Source: Candidatus Altiarchaeota archaeon (GTDB lineage: Archaea > Altiarchaeota > Altiarchaeia > IMC4 > QMZM01). From it: 64,000 bases of DNA. The notes under the pieces were generated by a model. The model searched no databases. It was given only the letters and a program-made list of their open reading frames with translations, and had not been told where the DNA came from. Below are positions 9,071 through 19,386 of this stretch, in pieces; the first letter of the stretch is position 1; every line of letters begins with the position of its first letter. The translations under genes and the position numbers were made by a program. Location of the stretch: positions 38,545-102,544 of the forward strand of contig JAFGDV010000002.1 in the NCBI GenBank assembly GCA_016931955.1. The letters run 5' to 3'.

Positions 9071-11218
9071 ATGAAGCCCATTATTTCTCATATCCTGTGG
9101 ATCGGCATTTTTACATTACTTGTCTGGGGATTTCTCGCACCCCTGGTTGATGCTGCCTTTGATATTGGTATGGACATAGAATTAAGCGATACCGAGATCG
9201 ACGCAGGCGATTCATTCAATGTCCGGATAAACATCACCAACAAAGACGATGAGGATATAGAAACATCAGATGACATACGGATAACGATCGAGGCCGATGG
9301 TGATGTAGTCCACTATGATATAGAGAACAGGAACATACCAGAGAATACATCAGAGATCATAAGCATTTCATCAAGTAATTTTAAGACAGATGAGGGGGAG
9401 GATATATGGGGCGAGTCCCTCATGGGCTACGAATGTGGGAGTATCAGCTTAAAGGTGACCGTTTCAGGCGATGTTAAATCATCAAGTGATAGTGAAACCG
9501 TGAAGATCGTAGGCGATAAGCTCTACGTCGCCATGGAGCCTGAAAACCCCACCACTGGAAAAAATATAGGGGTTCAAGTCGAAGACGAAAACGGCGACCC
9601 ACTTGATGACATATATGTGAGAATAGTGCGGCTTGGGGATGCAGGGTGGGATATCGACGACGTGAAGAGGGAGAAAAAAACAGACAACGGTGAGGCAACA
9701 TTCGACGCTGTGGATGAGGACTTTCGGTTCAAAGACGACCCCTACGGAAAATACCAATTGAGTGTCTGGGAGGACGGCTACTGCCTTTACAGGAAGGCCT
9801 TCGAAGTCACAAACAAGCTCAAGATAACAGAGGCTCCTGAAAACCCATATGCCGGAGATGAGATAAAGGTGAAAATCCTGGACATAAATGACAACAGAGT
9901 GGAGGGAGCAAGGGTAGCGGTAAGCGGTGTAGGCGGTTTAGTCGGCTCATACAACTCGGACAGCAGCGGTTATGCTAAATTCAAATTAGAGAGCCAAGGA
10001 AGCTATACCCTCCTCGCCTCAAAGACAGGTTATGAGGATAGTGACATTGTCTCAATAACGGTCAAGGACAGGAGGGGTATGGACGTTAGGATTGATCCAA
10101 TAAAGCAAGCGATAGGGCAGGATGTTTCAATAACGATAACCTCTGGGGGGAATCCCATAGAAAACGCCGAGGTCATGATAGAGAAACCCGACGGCTCAAA
10201 GGACACCCTGTCAACATCCTCAACAGGGAAGATGGTCTACAAGCCAAGCATGTCTGGCACATATGATATAACAGTCAAAAAACAGGGCTATGAAACAACA
10301 ACTTCCAGTTTCATTGCTATGAATTTCTTCAATGTCTCAGTTCCAGAGAAGCTAGAGCTAAAAGATGAAGTAACCATTACAGTGAGGAACCAAGACGGCA
10401 GAAACATTGAAGGCGCTTCCGTCGAAATCGTGGGTTCGATCATCAACGGCTTGACGGATTCCGCGGGTAAATTTAGCTTCATCTTGGATAACGTAGGTGA
10501 GTACGTCTTATCGATAAAGAAAGAGGGCTACGAGGATTATAGTGAGAAGCTAACCTTTTATGGGAGCCTTACGGTGAGGGTAACCCCTGAGGTGATAGAC
10601 CTGGGTGATTCAGTGGAGATAAGGGTACTGGATGAAGAAGGAAGAGAGATTGACGTAGACATGGTCATAGAGAAACCAGATGGTAGAAAGGAGAACATCA
10701 AGGGAAGCACTCATACATTAACGCCCAACTTGGCTGGATCCTACAACGTAACGGCGAACAAAAGGTATTACACACCATCAACAGCTGACTTCACGGTCAA
10801 CCCCTACCAACTTGACCTTAACGTCTGGGTGAGTGGCAGTAATCTGATGATAAAGGCAACCAGGAACAATGAACCGGTTGGAAACATCAGCGTGTCTGTT
10901 CTGACACCCGACGATGACGAAATCTTCCTCAAAACTGATGAGGAGGGTGTTGCAAGGCTCAACATAAGGGAACTAAACCAGACTGGGACCTTCACCATAA
11001 GTTCTGTGGACATCAACTACGAGAAAAAAACAGTCACAAGGGAGATAACTGGTGCTGGAGAGAACCTTCTGCCACTGCTTCTGTTGATAATATTGGTCGT
11101 GGTATTGCTTATCATACTGATATCCCTTACCCTGTATATAAGCCACAAGAGCAAAAGAAGCGCCTTACCAAGTGAAAAAACAAAGAAAACAAAGGGTGGA
11201 GGCCTCGGTAGGCTCTGA
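9071..11218 (+). CDS. Paralogous C-terminally anchored surface protein with repeated beta-sandwich domains
   Basis: Same module types (EKPDG, KKxGYE, NPYxLD), C-terminal TM and basic tail as the upstream gene. Confidence 0.75.
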   Translation: MKPIISHILWIGIFTLLVWGFLAPLVDAAFDIGMDIELSDTEIDAGDSFNVRINITNKDDEDIETSDDIRITIEADGDVVHYDIENRNIPENTSEIISISSSNFKTDEGEDIWGESLMGYECGSISLKVTVSGDVKSSSDSETVKIVGDKLYVAMEPENPTTGKNIGVQVEDENGDPLDDIYVRIVRLGDAGWDIDDVKREKKTDNGEATFDAVDEDFRFKDDPYGKYQLSVWEDGYCLYRKAFEVTNKLKITEAPENPYAGDEIKVKILDINDNRVEGARVAVSGVGGLVGSYNSDSSGYAKFKLESQGSYTLLASKTGYEDSDIVSITVKDRRGMDVRIDPIKQAIGQDVSITITSGGNPIENAEVMIEKPDGSKDTLSTSSTGKMVYKPSMSGTYDITVKKQGYETTTSSFIAMNFFNVSVPEKLELKDEVTITVRNQDGRNIEGASVEIVGSIINGLTDSAGKFSFILDNVGEYVLSIKKEGYEDYSEKLTFYGSLTVRVTPEVIDLGDSVEIRVLDEEGREIDVDMVIEKPDGRKENIKGSTHTLTPNLAGSYNVTANKRYYTPSTADFTVNPYQLDLNVWVSGSNLMIKATRNNEPVGNISVSVLTPDDDEIFLKTDEEGVARLNIRELNQTGTFTISSVDINYEKKTVTREITGAGENLLPLLLLIILVVVLLIILISLTLYISHKSKRSALPSEKTKKTKGGGLGRL

Positions 11219-11265
11219 CCAACTTCTTCTGCTATTTATCCTCTCTAGTCCATTCTTATAACACT

Positions 11266-12318
11266 ATGATAGAAGTAAACACCAACATACTGGGCTCATT
11301 TGCTTTAAAGGGAGGGAGGATAATAAAGAAGATACTCTTCCCAAAAGACACGATAAAACTCGCAGAAAAACTTATGGAAATAGAAAACGCCGTCTGTGAT
11401 GAAGAAAAAGAGCTTATCTCTTATTTGTTGGAAACTGGAACGAAATCCATAAAGCTCAGGGACCCGGACAGATTCTCCATGTATCGTGGGGATATGGATT
11501 TACTTGAAGACAAGACCCCAACCAGTTTGTTGGATATCGCATCAGAGCTGGGGATACCTGAGAAAGATGTTACCAAACTGCTGGATAGCGTTAATCTGGA
11601 GATAACCAAGGTAAGGATGAGGGAGATAAGCAGGGACCAGCTTATAATGCAGGCTGTCGCATCTATCGATGAATTGGAGGAATCAATAAATACACTTATA
11701 AAGAGGCTTCGTGAATGGTATTCCCTGAATTTCCCAGAACTCGATTTTTTGGTGAAAAAACATGACTTATATGCTAAGCTTGTGAGCTCTGACCTAAGAG
11801 ATGCTGATGAGGGTCTAAGAAAGAGTATTGAGGAAGCTAGGAAGCAAACCCTTGGCGTGGACTTCTCCGAGGAGGACAAAAAATCAGTAAAGTACCTGTC
11901 AGATAGTATTTTAGGTCTTTACATGGCTGAACAGAACATTGAGTCATACATCGAAGAGGCTATGGGGGGTATAGCTCCGAACATGGCTGCACTGGCTGGC
12001 CCCATACTCTCCGCCAGGATTATCTCGCTTGCTGGAGGCTTAGAGAGGCTGGCTAAACTGCCGGCGAGCACAATCCAGGTTTTGGGTGCAGAGGATTCCT
12101 TCTTTAGGTTCCTGAGGACTGGGGAGAGGCCACCCAAACATGGGGTGATATTCCAGCTCCCTGAGATAAGGTCCGCACCAAAGAAGGTCAGGGGTAAGGT
12201 ATCTCGCATCTTTGCCGCTAAGATGGCCATCGCCGCTAGAACTGACTTCTTTAGGGGGGAATTTATTGGGGATAAGCTCAGGGGTGACTTTTTAGGGAAG
12301 CTAGAAAAGTTGAAATGA
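11266..12318 (+). CDS. nop5: Nop5/Nop56-58 family box C/D sRNP protein
   Basis: LREWYSLNFPEL coiled coil, APNMAALAGP, STIQVLGAE and PPKHGVIFQ Nop-domain motifs. Confidence 0.9.
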   Translation: MIEVNTNILGSFALKGGRIIKKILFPKDTIKLAEKLMEIENAVCDEEKELISYLLETGTKSIKLRDPDRFSMYRGDMDLLEDKTPTSLLDIASELGIPEKDVTKLLDSVNLEITKVRMREISRDQLIMQAVASIDELEESINTLIKRLREWYSLNFPELDFLVKKHDLYAKLVSSDLRDADEGLRKSIEEARKQTLGVDFSEEDKKSVKYLSDSILGLYMAEQNIESYIEEAMGGIAPNMAALAGPILSARIISLAGGLERLAKLPASTIQVLGAEDSFFRFLRTGERPPKHGVIFQLPEIRSAPKKVRGKVSRIFAAKMAIAARTDFFRGEFIGDKLRGDFLGKLEKLK

Positions 12319-13220
12319 ATCCGGAGGTTACTTCATTGGGTGATGTAAACGTCGACATCATCACAGCGAAGTTGGAGAACATGCCTGAAAGGGATTCCCA
12401 GACTCTTGTTCCAACTATTAGATTAAGCTCTGGGGGTTGTGCTGCAAACCTCGCTAAGGCCTTGAACAGGCTCGGAACAAAGGCGAGGTTAATCGGCAAG
12501 GTGGGGGATGACTTCTTCGGTGGTTTCCTTGGGGGTGACTTGGAAGGCGTCGACCTGAGGCTTTCAGTCGGCAGTAGAACTGGCATTACTGTTGGAATCA
12601 CCTTCGAAGACAATACAAGGTCTTTTATAACCTATCCGGGATCGAATTCGGAATTGGTTTATGGGGACATAGACTTTGATCTTATCGAGGGTAGATGCCT
12701 CCACATCGCGAGCTTCTTCCTCCAAGGCCTAAGGGAGAACACGAAAAAAATCCTTGATTTCGCCCACAGCAAGGGGATGGTTACCTCATTTGACACGGGA
12801 TGGGATCCACGTGGTTGGTCTTCTGGGGACCAGGAATTGGTAAGAGAAACCCTGAAACACGTTGACTTGTTTTTCCCCAACGTAAAGGAGGGAGAAGCGA
12901 TTACTGAAGCTCGGGATGAGCGGACTATTTGCGGGAGGCTTCTGGATATGGGTCCACGGGTTGTTGCACTGAAGGCTGGGAACAGGGGGTGTTATGTAGC
13001 CAGTGAGGGTGATTTTTTCTTTGTACCCTCTTTTAGGGTTGATTCCTTAGACACTACAGGTGCAGGGGATGTGTTTGATGCGGGTTTTGTCTATGGTTAT
13101 CTCAAGGGCTGGGATCTTGAACTGATGGGTAGATTCGCGAACGCTGCTGCCGCATTAAGCACCACAGGCTATGGAACCCAAAAGTACCCGACCCTTGAGG
13201 AAGTGGGGAAACTGCTGTAA
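12315..13220 (+). CDS. PfkB family carbohydrate kinase
   Basis: GGCAANLA, GKVGDDFFG, DTTGAGDVF signatures; ATGA overlap with nop5. Confidence 0.9.
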   Translation: MNPEVTSLGDVNVDIITAKLENMPERDSQTLVPTIRLSSGGCAANLAKALNRLGTKARLIGKVGDDFFGGFLGGDLEGVDLRLSVGSRTGITVGITFEDNTRSFITYPGSNSELVYGDIDFDLIEGRCLHIASFFLQGLRENTKKILDFAHSKGMVTSFDTGWDPRGWSSGDQELVRETLKHVDLFFPNVKEGEAITEARDERTICGRLLDMGPRVVALKAGNRGCYVASEGDFFFVPSFRVDSLDTTGAGDVFDAGFVYGYLKGWDLELMGRFANAAAALSTTGYGTQKYPTLEEVGKLL

Positions 13221-13237
13221 GCCATCAGAAAAGGTGT

Positions 13238-13903
13238 TTAGGTGAAGAGTTTGTGGACCCATGATTTTCCTTTTTTCTCTTTTATGTTCTCTTTGGTTTT
13301 TTTGTCGATGAGTGTCAGTAGTTTTGTCGCTGAGTTTGATTCGAGTAGTATGATAAAGTTTCCTGAGACTTCTCCCTTCAGACCCTTGAATTCTACCTCA
13401 ACTATGAGACCGACGTTGACCTCTCTCCGCACCCCTAGGAGGACGAAGTTTACTATGGAGCTTGCAAAATTAAAAACCGTTACTGGTTGTGATGGATAGA
13501 TCTTTATTTCTACGAAATCGGCTATTGCATTCATGAACGTTGCCGTCAGGATGCTTCCAATCTCTTCCAGGATTGAACGACCTTCCATATCCACCATATC
13601 CGTGGTCCCGACCTCCCTGCCCTCTAGTGTGTCTATGAATATGAGGGCTGTTTTCCGCGGGAATATCAGGATGGTTGTACCAGAGATATCCCCCAGAACC
13701 CGTGAGTATACGCCTACAGACAGGACGTTATTTTTGCCGAAGTATTTTGGTATCTGGCTTATGGGTATGAGGCTTAGTTTAGTGAGCCTAACATTGACTC
13801 TCTCATCTATCATCTTTGAGAGAGCTGTGCTTGAATGCCACATCGCTATTGCTATAACCTCTTTTAGAGCATCCTTCGCTAGTTCGGTTAAGTTAAGTGT
13901 CAC
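13238..13903 (-). CDS. cheC: CheC-like protein, both ExxN motifs degenerate
   Basis: DALKEVIAI and SILEEIGSI repeats, CheC two-repeat architecture. Confidence 0.8.
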   Translation of the reverse strand: MTLNLTELAKDALKEVIAIAMWHSSTALSKMIDERVNVRLTKLSLIPISQIPKYFGKNNVLSVGVYSRVLGDISGTTILIFPRKTALIFIDTLEGREVGTTDMVDMEGRSILEEIGSILTATFMNAIADFVEIKIYPSQPVTVFNFASSIVNFVLLGVRREVNVGLIVEVEFKGLKGEVSGNFIILLESNSATKLLTLIDKKTKENIKEKKGKSWVHKLFT

Positions 13904-14104
13904 TTTTGATATTCCCGTTAAATATAAAGGGTTGCATTCATATTAAAACTTGATGCAGTTTAAACCGGTCTGGTCTGATTCCATGGGGAGCCTGATTACA
14001 GGAAAAAAAAGTCGCTAGGGTTTATGACGCAACGAGAGATAGGAAGAAAGAAATCGTCACTTTCGCTGAGTGCTTGGGGAAGAAACCTATTCTAGGAGAA
14101 TGTT

Positions 14105-14147
14105 AAAAAAGGATGGATTCTCCATTCGATCAATGGAGAATGTATCC
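14105..14147 (-). terminator. Hairpin plus U-tract terminator directly after cheW
   Basis: Perfect 10-bp inverted repeat ATTCTCCATT-cgatc-AATGGAGAAT (14117-14141), extended by GGAT/ATCC and followed on the minus strand by T6. Confidence 0.7.
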
Positions 14148-14732
14148 TCACTTTGGTTTCTTTTCCAGTGTTTTTAGCTCGTCTAACTGCTCTTCATCTA
14201 AGAGGTTTTCTCCTTCAATGGTCTTCTGTATGTTGTCTATATGTTCATAGTCTTCATCAACCAAGACCTTGCTTAGATCCAACAGGATGAGCAGTCTTTC
14301 GCCTATTATACCCACGCCTTCCAGGTAGTCTGAACTGACCCTCTTCGCTATTATTGAGGGCGCTGGCTCAACCTGGTCACTGTTAAGCCTCATAACCTCT
14401 GTGGCTGAGTCAACTATCATACCAACTGTGTTTCCAACTACTTCAAGGACTATTATCCTTGTGTCGGTGTTGGCCTTCCTCAGGGGGAGACCCAACTTCA
14501 TGGCAAGATTTATGACTACCACGATCCCTCCTCTGAGGTTGATGACTCCTTCGATGTATTCTGCTGTATTGGGTATCTTCGTTATTTCCTCCATACGGAT
14601 GATCTCTCGAACATCGCTTATGTTCACACCGAATTCCTCATCACTAAGGGTAAAGACTACAATCTGCCTCTCCTCATCATCTCCTCCTTTCATTTCTCCC
14701 TCTAATCCTAGTCTTGCAGGCATTCTATGCAC
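14148..14732 (-). CDS. cheW: Chemotaxis coupling protein CheW (true start may be slightly downstream)
   Basis: IVVFTL-EEFGVNI, IPNTAEYIEGVINLRG, GMIVDSATEV. Confidence 0.93.
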   Translation of the reverse strand: MHRMPARLGLEGEMKGGDDEERQIVVFTLSDEEFGVNISDVREIIRMEEITKIPNTAEYIEGVINLRGGIVVVINLAMKLGLPLRKANTDTRIIVLEVVGNTVGMIVDSATEVMRLNSDQVEPAPSIIAKRVSSDYLEGVGIIGERLLILLDLSKVLVDEDYEHIDNIQKTIEGENLLDEEQLDELKTLEKKPK

Positions 14733-14735
14733 CCC

Positions 14736-16868
14736 TCAGATTCTTTCATTACCTAGTTTTAATCGTCCCGTGTTTCCTATGTCATCAAAGCTTCTAGCTC
14801 CAAATTGGCCTTGCTCTCTTATCTTGAACTTGGAAACAACGGTCTTCAGCTCCTCGGCGCTGAGGTTGAATTGTTGAGCTGTCTTTGACACCTGCTGCAT
14901 GGAGGCTGTGACGCTCTGCACTGAAGAGGATACCTCCTCAGAGCTGGCCGCGTTTTCTTGAGCTACCTCTGCCATCTCAACCAGTGAGCTGGTCACACCC
15001 TGTACTAGGTCGGGTATTGCTTCGAATGACTTCATCGCCTCTTTTACGGCGGCTATACCTTCCTCGACCTGCTTTGTGTTGTCATCCATTGTGCTGACTG
15101 CATGTGATATCTCGTTCTGTATGTCCGTTATCAAACCCGCAATCTGTTCGCTTGCGCCTCTCGAGTCCTCGGCGAGCTTCCGTACCTCGTCTGCTACAAC
15201 CGCGAATCCTCTTCCAGCTTCACCTGCTCTTGCGGCCTCAATCGCTGCGTTCAGCGCCAGTAGGTTGGTCTGCTCTGCTATGTCCTTGATCGTGTCCACG
15301 ATCCTACCTATCTCCTCTGACTTTCCGCCAAGTGATCCGATCTTTGAAGCGCTTTCCTTTGATGTAACGCTTATCTGAGCCATCTTTTCGTTCACGAGCT
15401 TGGCTGACTTGCTTCCTTCTTCGGCGCTCTCTGCTGTTTTCTTGGCTAATTCCTGCGACTCTGTGGCCCCTTGTGAAACGATCTGCACCCCTTTGACGAT
15501 CTCCTGCATTGTCGAAGCTACTTGTTCCATCGCCGCATTTGTTTCCTCGGACGACGCTGAAAGCTCCTCAGCAGCTACTGCTGTTGAAGTGGCGTTATTC
15601 TTTATGTTTCCTATCAGATCCATGAGGTTGCTGGCCATTGTCGCGAATGCATTACCTATCATACCTACCTCATTCTTAGCGGATATGCCAACGACATCTA
15701 GGGTAAGATCACCAGCTGCTACACGCTGCATCTGCCTGACTATCAGGTTAAGCCGGTTGGTCAGGAAGTTCGCGAAGAAGTAAGCCGCCAGTGAACCGAG
15801 TACTATAGCCAGTGCACACACCATTATCGTCATGTCCTGAATCTGTATTATCCCATCATCGAAGTCTTCCCCGTAGGCGCTTGAAGCGATGACCCATTCC
15901 CACTCATCGAAATATGCGAAGGCTGCAAGCTTGCTCGAAGCCCTGCTTTCTCCTTTATTCGCCCACGTGTAACGGTATACGTCTGTCTCTCCCTCACTCA
16001 GGGCTGTTGCCTTGTCTATTATCTCTTGTATGAAGAGGGTTCCATCATCCAACTTCGAATTGATGATGTTCTGTCCATCGCTCTCCCTCTTGTATGAGAG
16101 AACATAGTTCCCTTTTGTGTCAAGTATCCAGATGTATCCCCGCTCTCCTATGACTACCTTGGCGAGGTTGCCCTTCAGTGTTTCCTGATACTCATTCTCA
16201 GGCACGCCAACGTATAGGACGCCTATCACCTTATTGCTTTCATCCTTTATTGGTTCATAAGCGCTTAGGTAGTACCCAGTCACCACGAATGCTCTTCCGT
16301 AGTAGGTCTGACCCCTCATCACAGTCTGATAAACCTCTGAATCAGATGGGATGTATGTTCCAACAGCCCTTGAACCATCCAGGTTAAGGACATTGGTTGA
16401 TATCCTCAACAGCCCGTTAGGGATGACTTGGAATACTGTCGCTGTCCCGCCCACCATGCTCTGGATTTCGTCAACGATCTCGTAGTTGTAAGCAAGCTGC
16501 TTTTCGCCTATCTTCATCTTTGAGATGGTTACTGGCTGGCTGCCTTGGGTTACCTGGTTTACGGCGGTGAACTCCATTGTCTCCATTGGATCCAAGTAGG
16601 GCCTGCCATAGCCATACATAACGCTGCTGGCAACCCTCAGATCAGAGTTCACCTTGCTCTGCGCCACCTCATAGATGTTCTGAACATCCTTTGAGATTAT
16701 CAGGGCTTGCTCTTGCAGCATTCCTTCGATCTGATTGAAGGTCTCTCTACTGGTCGAATCATAGCTGATGTAACCAAGCGTTACTACTGGTATCGACACC
16801 AGCAAGATGCAGATAGCCATCAGTTGCCATCTAATACTTATATCATTAAATATGTTTTTGATGTTCAT
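14736..16868 (-). CDS. Methyl-accepting chemotaxis protein (TM, Cache_3-Cache_2-like sensor, TM, HAMP, MA domain)
   Basis: Hairpin tip [30 protein letters not shown]; [18 protein letters not shown] Cache motif. Confidence 0.93.
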   Translation of the reverse strand: MNIKNIFNDISIRWQLMAICILLVSIPVVTLGYISYDSTSRETFNQIEGMLQEQALIISKDVQNIYEVAQSKVNSDLRVASSVMYGYGRPYLDPMETMEFTAVNQVTQGSQPVTISKMKIGEKQLAYNYEIVDEIQSMVGGTATVFQVIPNGLLRISTNVLNLDGSRAVGTYIPSDSEVYQTVMRGQTYYGRAFVVTGYYLSAYEPIKDESNKVIGVLYVGVPENEYQETLKGNLAKVVIGERGYIWILDTKGNYVLSYKRESDGQNIINSKLDDGTLFIQEIIDKATALSEGETDVYRYTWANKGESRASSKLAAFAYFDEWEWVIASSAYGEDFDDGIIQIQDMTIMVCALAIVLGSLAAYFFANFLTNRLNLIVRQMQRVAAGDLTLDVVGISAKNEVGMIGNAFATMASNLMDLIGNIKNNATSTAVAAEELSASSEETNAAMEQVASTMQEIVKGVQIVSQGATESQELAKKTAESAEEGSKSAKLVNEKMAQISVTSKESASKIGSLGGKSEEIGRIVDTIKDIAEQTNLLALNAAIEAARAGEAGRGFAVVADEVRKLAEDSRGASEQIAGLITDIQNEISHAVSTMDDNTKQVEEGIAAVKEAMKSFEAIPDLVQGVTSSLVEMAEVAQENAASSEEVSSSVQSVTASMQQVSKTAQQFNLSAEELKTVVSKFKIREQGQFGARSFDDIGNTGRLKLGNERI

Positions 16869-17172
16869 CTATATCACCTTTTTCTTTCTTTATTTTGTTT
16901 TTTTAATCTTATATGGGCAGTTTGATAGCTGGGGTGGGTGCGCCCATCAGACCACCCTAAGTTTTATCTTCTAAAGTTATTTCTGCAAACTTATATAAAT
17001 ATGTTTCTATATTTCTACGTCGGCATAGTGATATCTCAACATAATTATCATTTGACTAAACGCTCATGAGCCACATTATAAGTCAAAAGAATGCATATAA
17101 CATCTGAAGATGGCTGTATTAGATCAACAAAAAATAGGTTAAGTATTTACTTATTACTGCCATCTTATGCTA

Positions 17173-17586
17173 TCACTTATAAAAGATAGGTTTACCTTTA
17201 GATCGGACCAACCAATACTCTACAGTCCTGCCAACCCTCTTCCTTGAGATAACACCCTTGCTCTCCAAACTCTTAAGATGTTTACTGAGGGTTGGTTTGG
17301 TTACCCTTGTTTTCCCGAGCAATTCAGTAAAATTCAGTTTACCTTTGTCTAAGGCTGCTAATATACTGTCTTCAAGATTTTCCTCCCCAATTGTCAACCT
17401 TTCTTTACCAATCATCGACTTGATCTCCATTACCTCCATAAACAACCGAGGGATTATGCCAGAATCCTCACCCAGTAGCCTGCGATTCAAATCCCTCAAG
17501 TCCTCCAATATCTGGGCTATCCTCACATCATCCACACTTCTGCGCCCTATTTCCCCCCTCAATCTGCTAAGATCATCGGAATCCAT
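17173..17586 (-). CDS. Winged-helix (ArsR-like) transcriptional regulator with N-terminal helical extension
   Basis: C-terminal LNFTELL-TKPTLSKHLKSLESKGVISRKRVGRTVEY; start reassigned to ATG 17586, 1 nt after the cheC stop. Confidence 0.75.
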   Translation of the reverse strand: MDSDDLSRLRGEIGRRSVDDVRIAQILEDLRDLNRRLLGEDSGIIPRLFMEVMEIKSMIGKERLTIGEENLEDSILAALDKGKLNFTELLGKTRVTKPTLSKHLKSLESKGVISRKRVGRTVEYWLVRSKGKPIFYK

Positions 17587-17587
17587 C

Positions 17588-18262
17588 TCACCCAAGCCCC
17601 TCCCCAAATGGAGAACCAAGCTTCGTTTGAATGGCTTTGAGGATATTCCCAATTGATTTGTCATCAAGTAGGAAAACGAATTCCCCCCTCAGAGATCCCC
17701 CAGAACACATAAACTCGGTCTGGGATACTAGAGAATAATTTATTGACTCCTTCACACTCAAAAGCACAAAATAGACAATAGCGCTTGCTATATCAAAGAC
17801 TACTGACGGCACAGACAACTCAACCTCCAGATCCAAGAACTCAGCTAAGGTATTGACATACGATGCAGAGAGTATGCTCCCCAGCTCGCCCAAGGCAGAC
17901 CTATCAATGCTCTTCATAACATCCGTAGTTCCAGGCTCCCTACCGTTCAGTACATCAACCAGGGACAATGCGCTCTCCCTTGAGAAGAATAGGAGGCTTG
18001 TGCCGGCAAGATCCCCCCTCAACCTCACGTATATGCCAGTCACAAGCATATTTTTCTGTCCCACGCAGCTTGCAATCTGGTCTAAGGGGATCAGATCCAT
18101 TCCAGACATCTCTATGTCGACCCTCCTATCAATCAATTCAGATAAAGCGATTGTTGCATGGCCCATACCGATAGTCGCTATCTCCTGTAGCGCGTCAAGC
18201 TGAAGCTCTGTCAACTTCCCATACAAGCTATCGCTCTCCACCGCTTCCTTCCTATAGGACAT
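17588..18262 (-). CDS. cheC: CheC-like protein, both ExxN motifs degenerate
   Basis: DALQEIATIG and SALGELGSIL. Confidence 0.82.
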   Translation of the reverse strand: MSYRKEAVESDSLYGKLTELQLDALQEIATIGMGHATIALSELIDRRVDIEMSGMDLIPLDQIASCVGQKNMLVTGIYVRLRGDLAGTSLLFFSRESALSLVDVLNGREPGTTDVMKSIDRSALGELGSILSASYVNTLAEFLDLEVELSVPSVVFDIASAIVYFVLLSVKESINYSLVSQTEFMCSGGSLRGEFVFLLDDKSIGNILKAIQTKLGSPFGEGLG

Positions 18263-18275
18263 GTTGCTCCCCAGA

Positions 18276-18896
18276 TCAAAGAGACTTCAATTTTCTGTCA
18301 ATCTTGTTAACCAGAACGCCCAACGAAGACGAATCCAAGAGGAATATGAAATCACCCGTTATCTCGCCCCTCTTCCCCCTGAATTTGACCTGGATAATCA
18401 AAACAGACTCTATCCTCTTATCAATGCCTCGAAGCACGAAATCTATCAGAGACTTTGCGACGTCAAAAACAATGCAGGGAGGAGAATGATACAAGGTAAC
18501 ACCTAAAAAGTTGCCCAACTCGGTGAGGTAACTTGCCGTCAATATGTTACCAACCTCTCCCAAGGCAGAGCGATCATCGTAACTTAGAATCTCCGTGGTC
18601 CCAATATCCCTGCCGTAGAGCAGGTCAGATAAAGCCAGTGAGCTCTCACGCGAGAGGACCAAGAGGCTTGTTCCGCCCAGGTCGCCCATCATCCTCAAGT
18701 AGATACCCATTGCAAGCGTATCTGGACCCCCCACCCTCTTCGGCACTTCCCCTATAGGCAGAAACTGCACCTTAGACATCTCTACCTCAACACGGCTTTC
18801 AACCATCTTGGAGAGCGACTTTGTGGCAGTGACCATGCCTTTATCCGCAACGCCCTTTAAAGCCCTCTTTTGTCCCTCCGTAAGTTGAGCAACCAT
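18276..18896 (-). CDS. cheC: CheC-like protein, only the second motif intact
   Basis: RALKGVADKG (degenerate), SALGEVGNIL (intact). Confidence 0.82.
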   Translation of the reverse strand: MVAQLTEGQKRALKGVADKGMVTATKSLSKMVESRVEVEMSKVQFLPIGEVPKRVGGPDTLAMGIYLRMMGDLGGTSLLVLSRESSLALSDLLYGRDIGTTEILSYDDRSALGEVGNILTASYLTELGNFLGVTLYHSPPCIVFDVAKSLIDFVLRGIDKRIESVLIIQVKFRGKRGEITGDFIFLLDSSSLGVLVNKIDRKLKSL

Positions 18897-18906
18897 CTTC
18901 TTTTAC

Positions 18907-19386
18907 TTAGATCGAGGTAGTCGGACCATGTATCCTGCTGACGACGACCTCACCTGTTTCGGTGTCGAACCAGATAGATCTGCCCTCGGTCCCGCCAACA
19001 TCCTCGGCTACTATCTCAATGCACTTCTCTCTGAGCTTTTTTCTGACTGCTTCCACATTTTTCTTGCCTATGTCAGATATCCTTGGTACGTTGGGGAAAA
19101 TCTCGGCTCCGCCGCATAGTTTCGCTTTTATATCATGTGTCTTGCAGCCGAGGATGAGCATGCTCTTTACCATGGCATCTACTGTCTTGTCGACGAACCT
19201 CAGGGGATTGATACCCTGAGCAGCCTCTTTGCTATCTGGGAGGATTATGTGAGCTAAAGCGGCTATCTTTGTCTTCTCGTCTCTTAGACAGATGGCTACG
19301 CATGAGCCCAAACCAAGAACCTCCAGTATGCAAGGATTATGTATTATCTTGAACTCTGCCATGCCGACTGTTATCTTCTTAGTCAT
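18907..19386 (-). CDS. cheD: Chemoreceptor glutamine deamidase CheD
   Basis: GLGSCVAI and AHIILP (catalytic Cys and His), KLCGGA, EDVGGTEGRSI. Confidence 0.9.
   Translation of the reverse strand: MTKKITVGMAEFKIIHNPCILEVLGLGSCVAICLRDEKTKIAALAHIILPDSKEAAQGINPLRFVDKTVDAMVKSMLILGCKTHDIKAKLCGGAEIFPNVPRISDIGKKNVEAVRKKLREKCIEIVAEDVGGTEGRSIWFDTETGEVVVSRIHGPTTSI

Noticed and set aside
13960-14100. Possible riboswitch or ncRNA between cheC and cheW (contains GACGCAA)
   Set aside because: I could not build the paired helices required for a c-di-GMP-I or other known motif; would need an Rfam/Infernal search.
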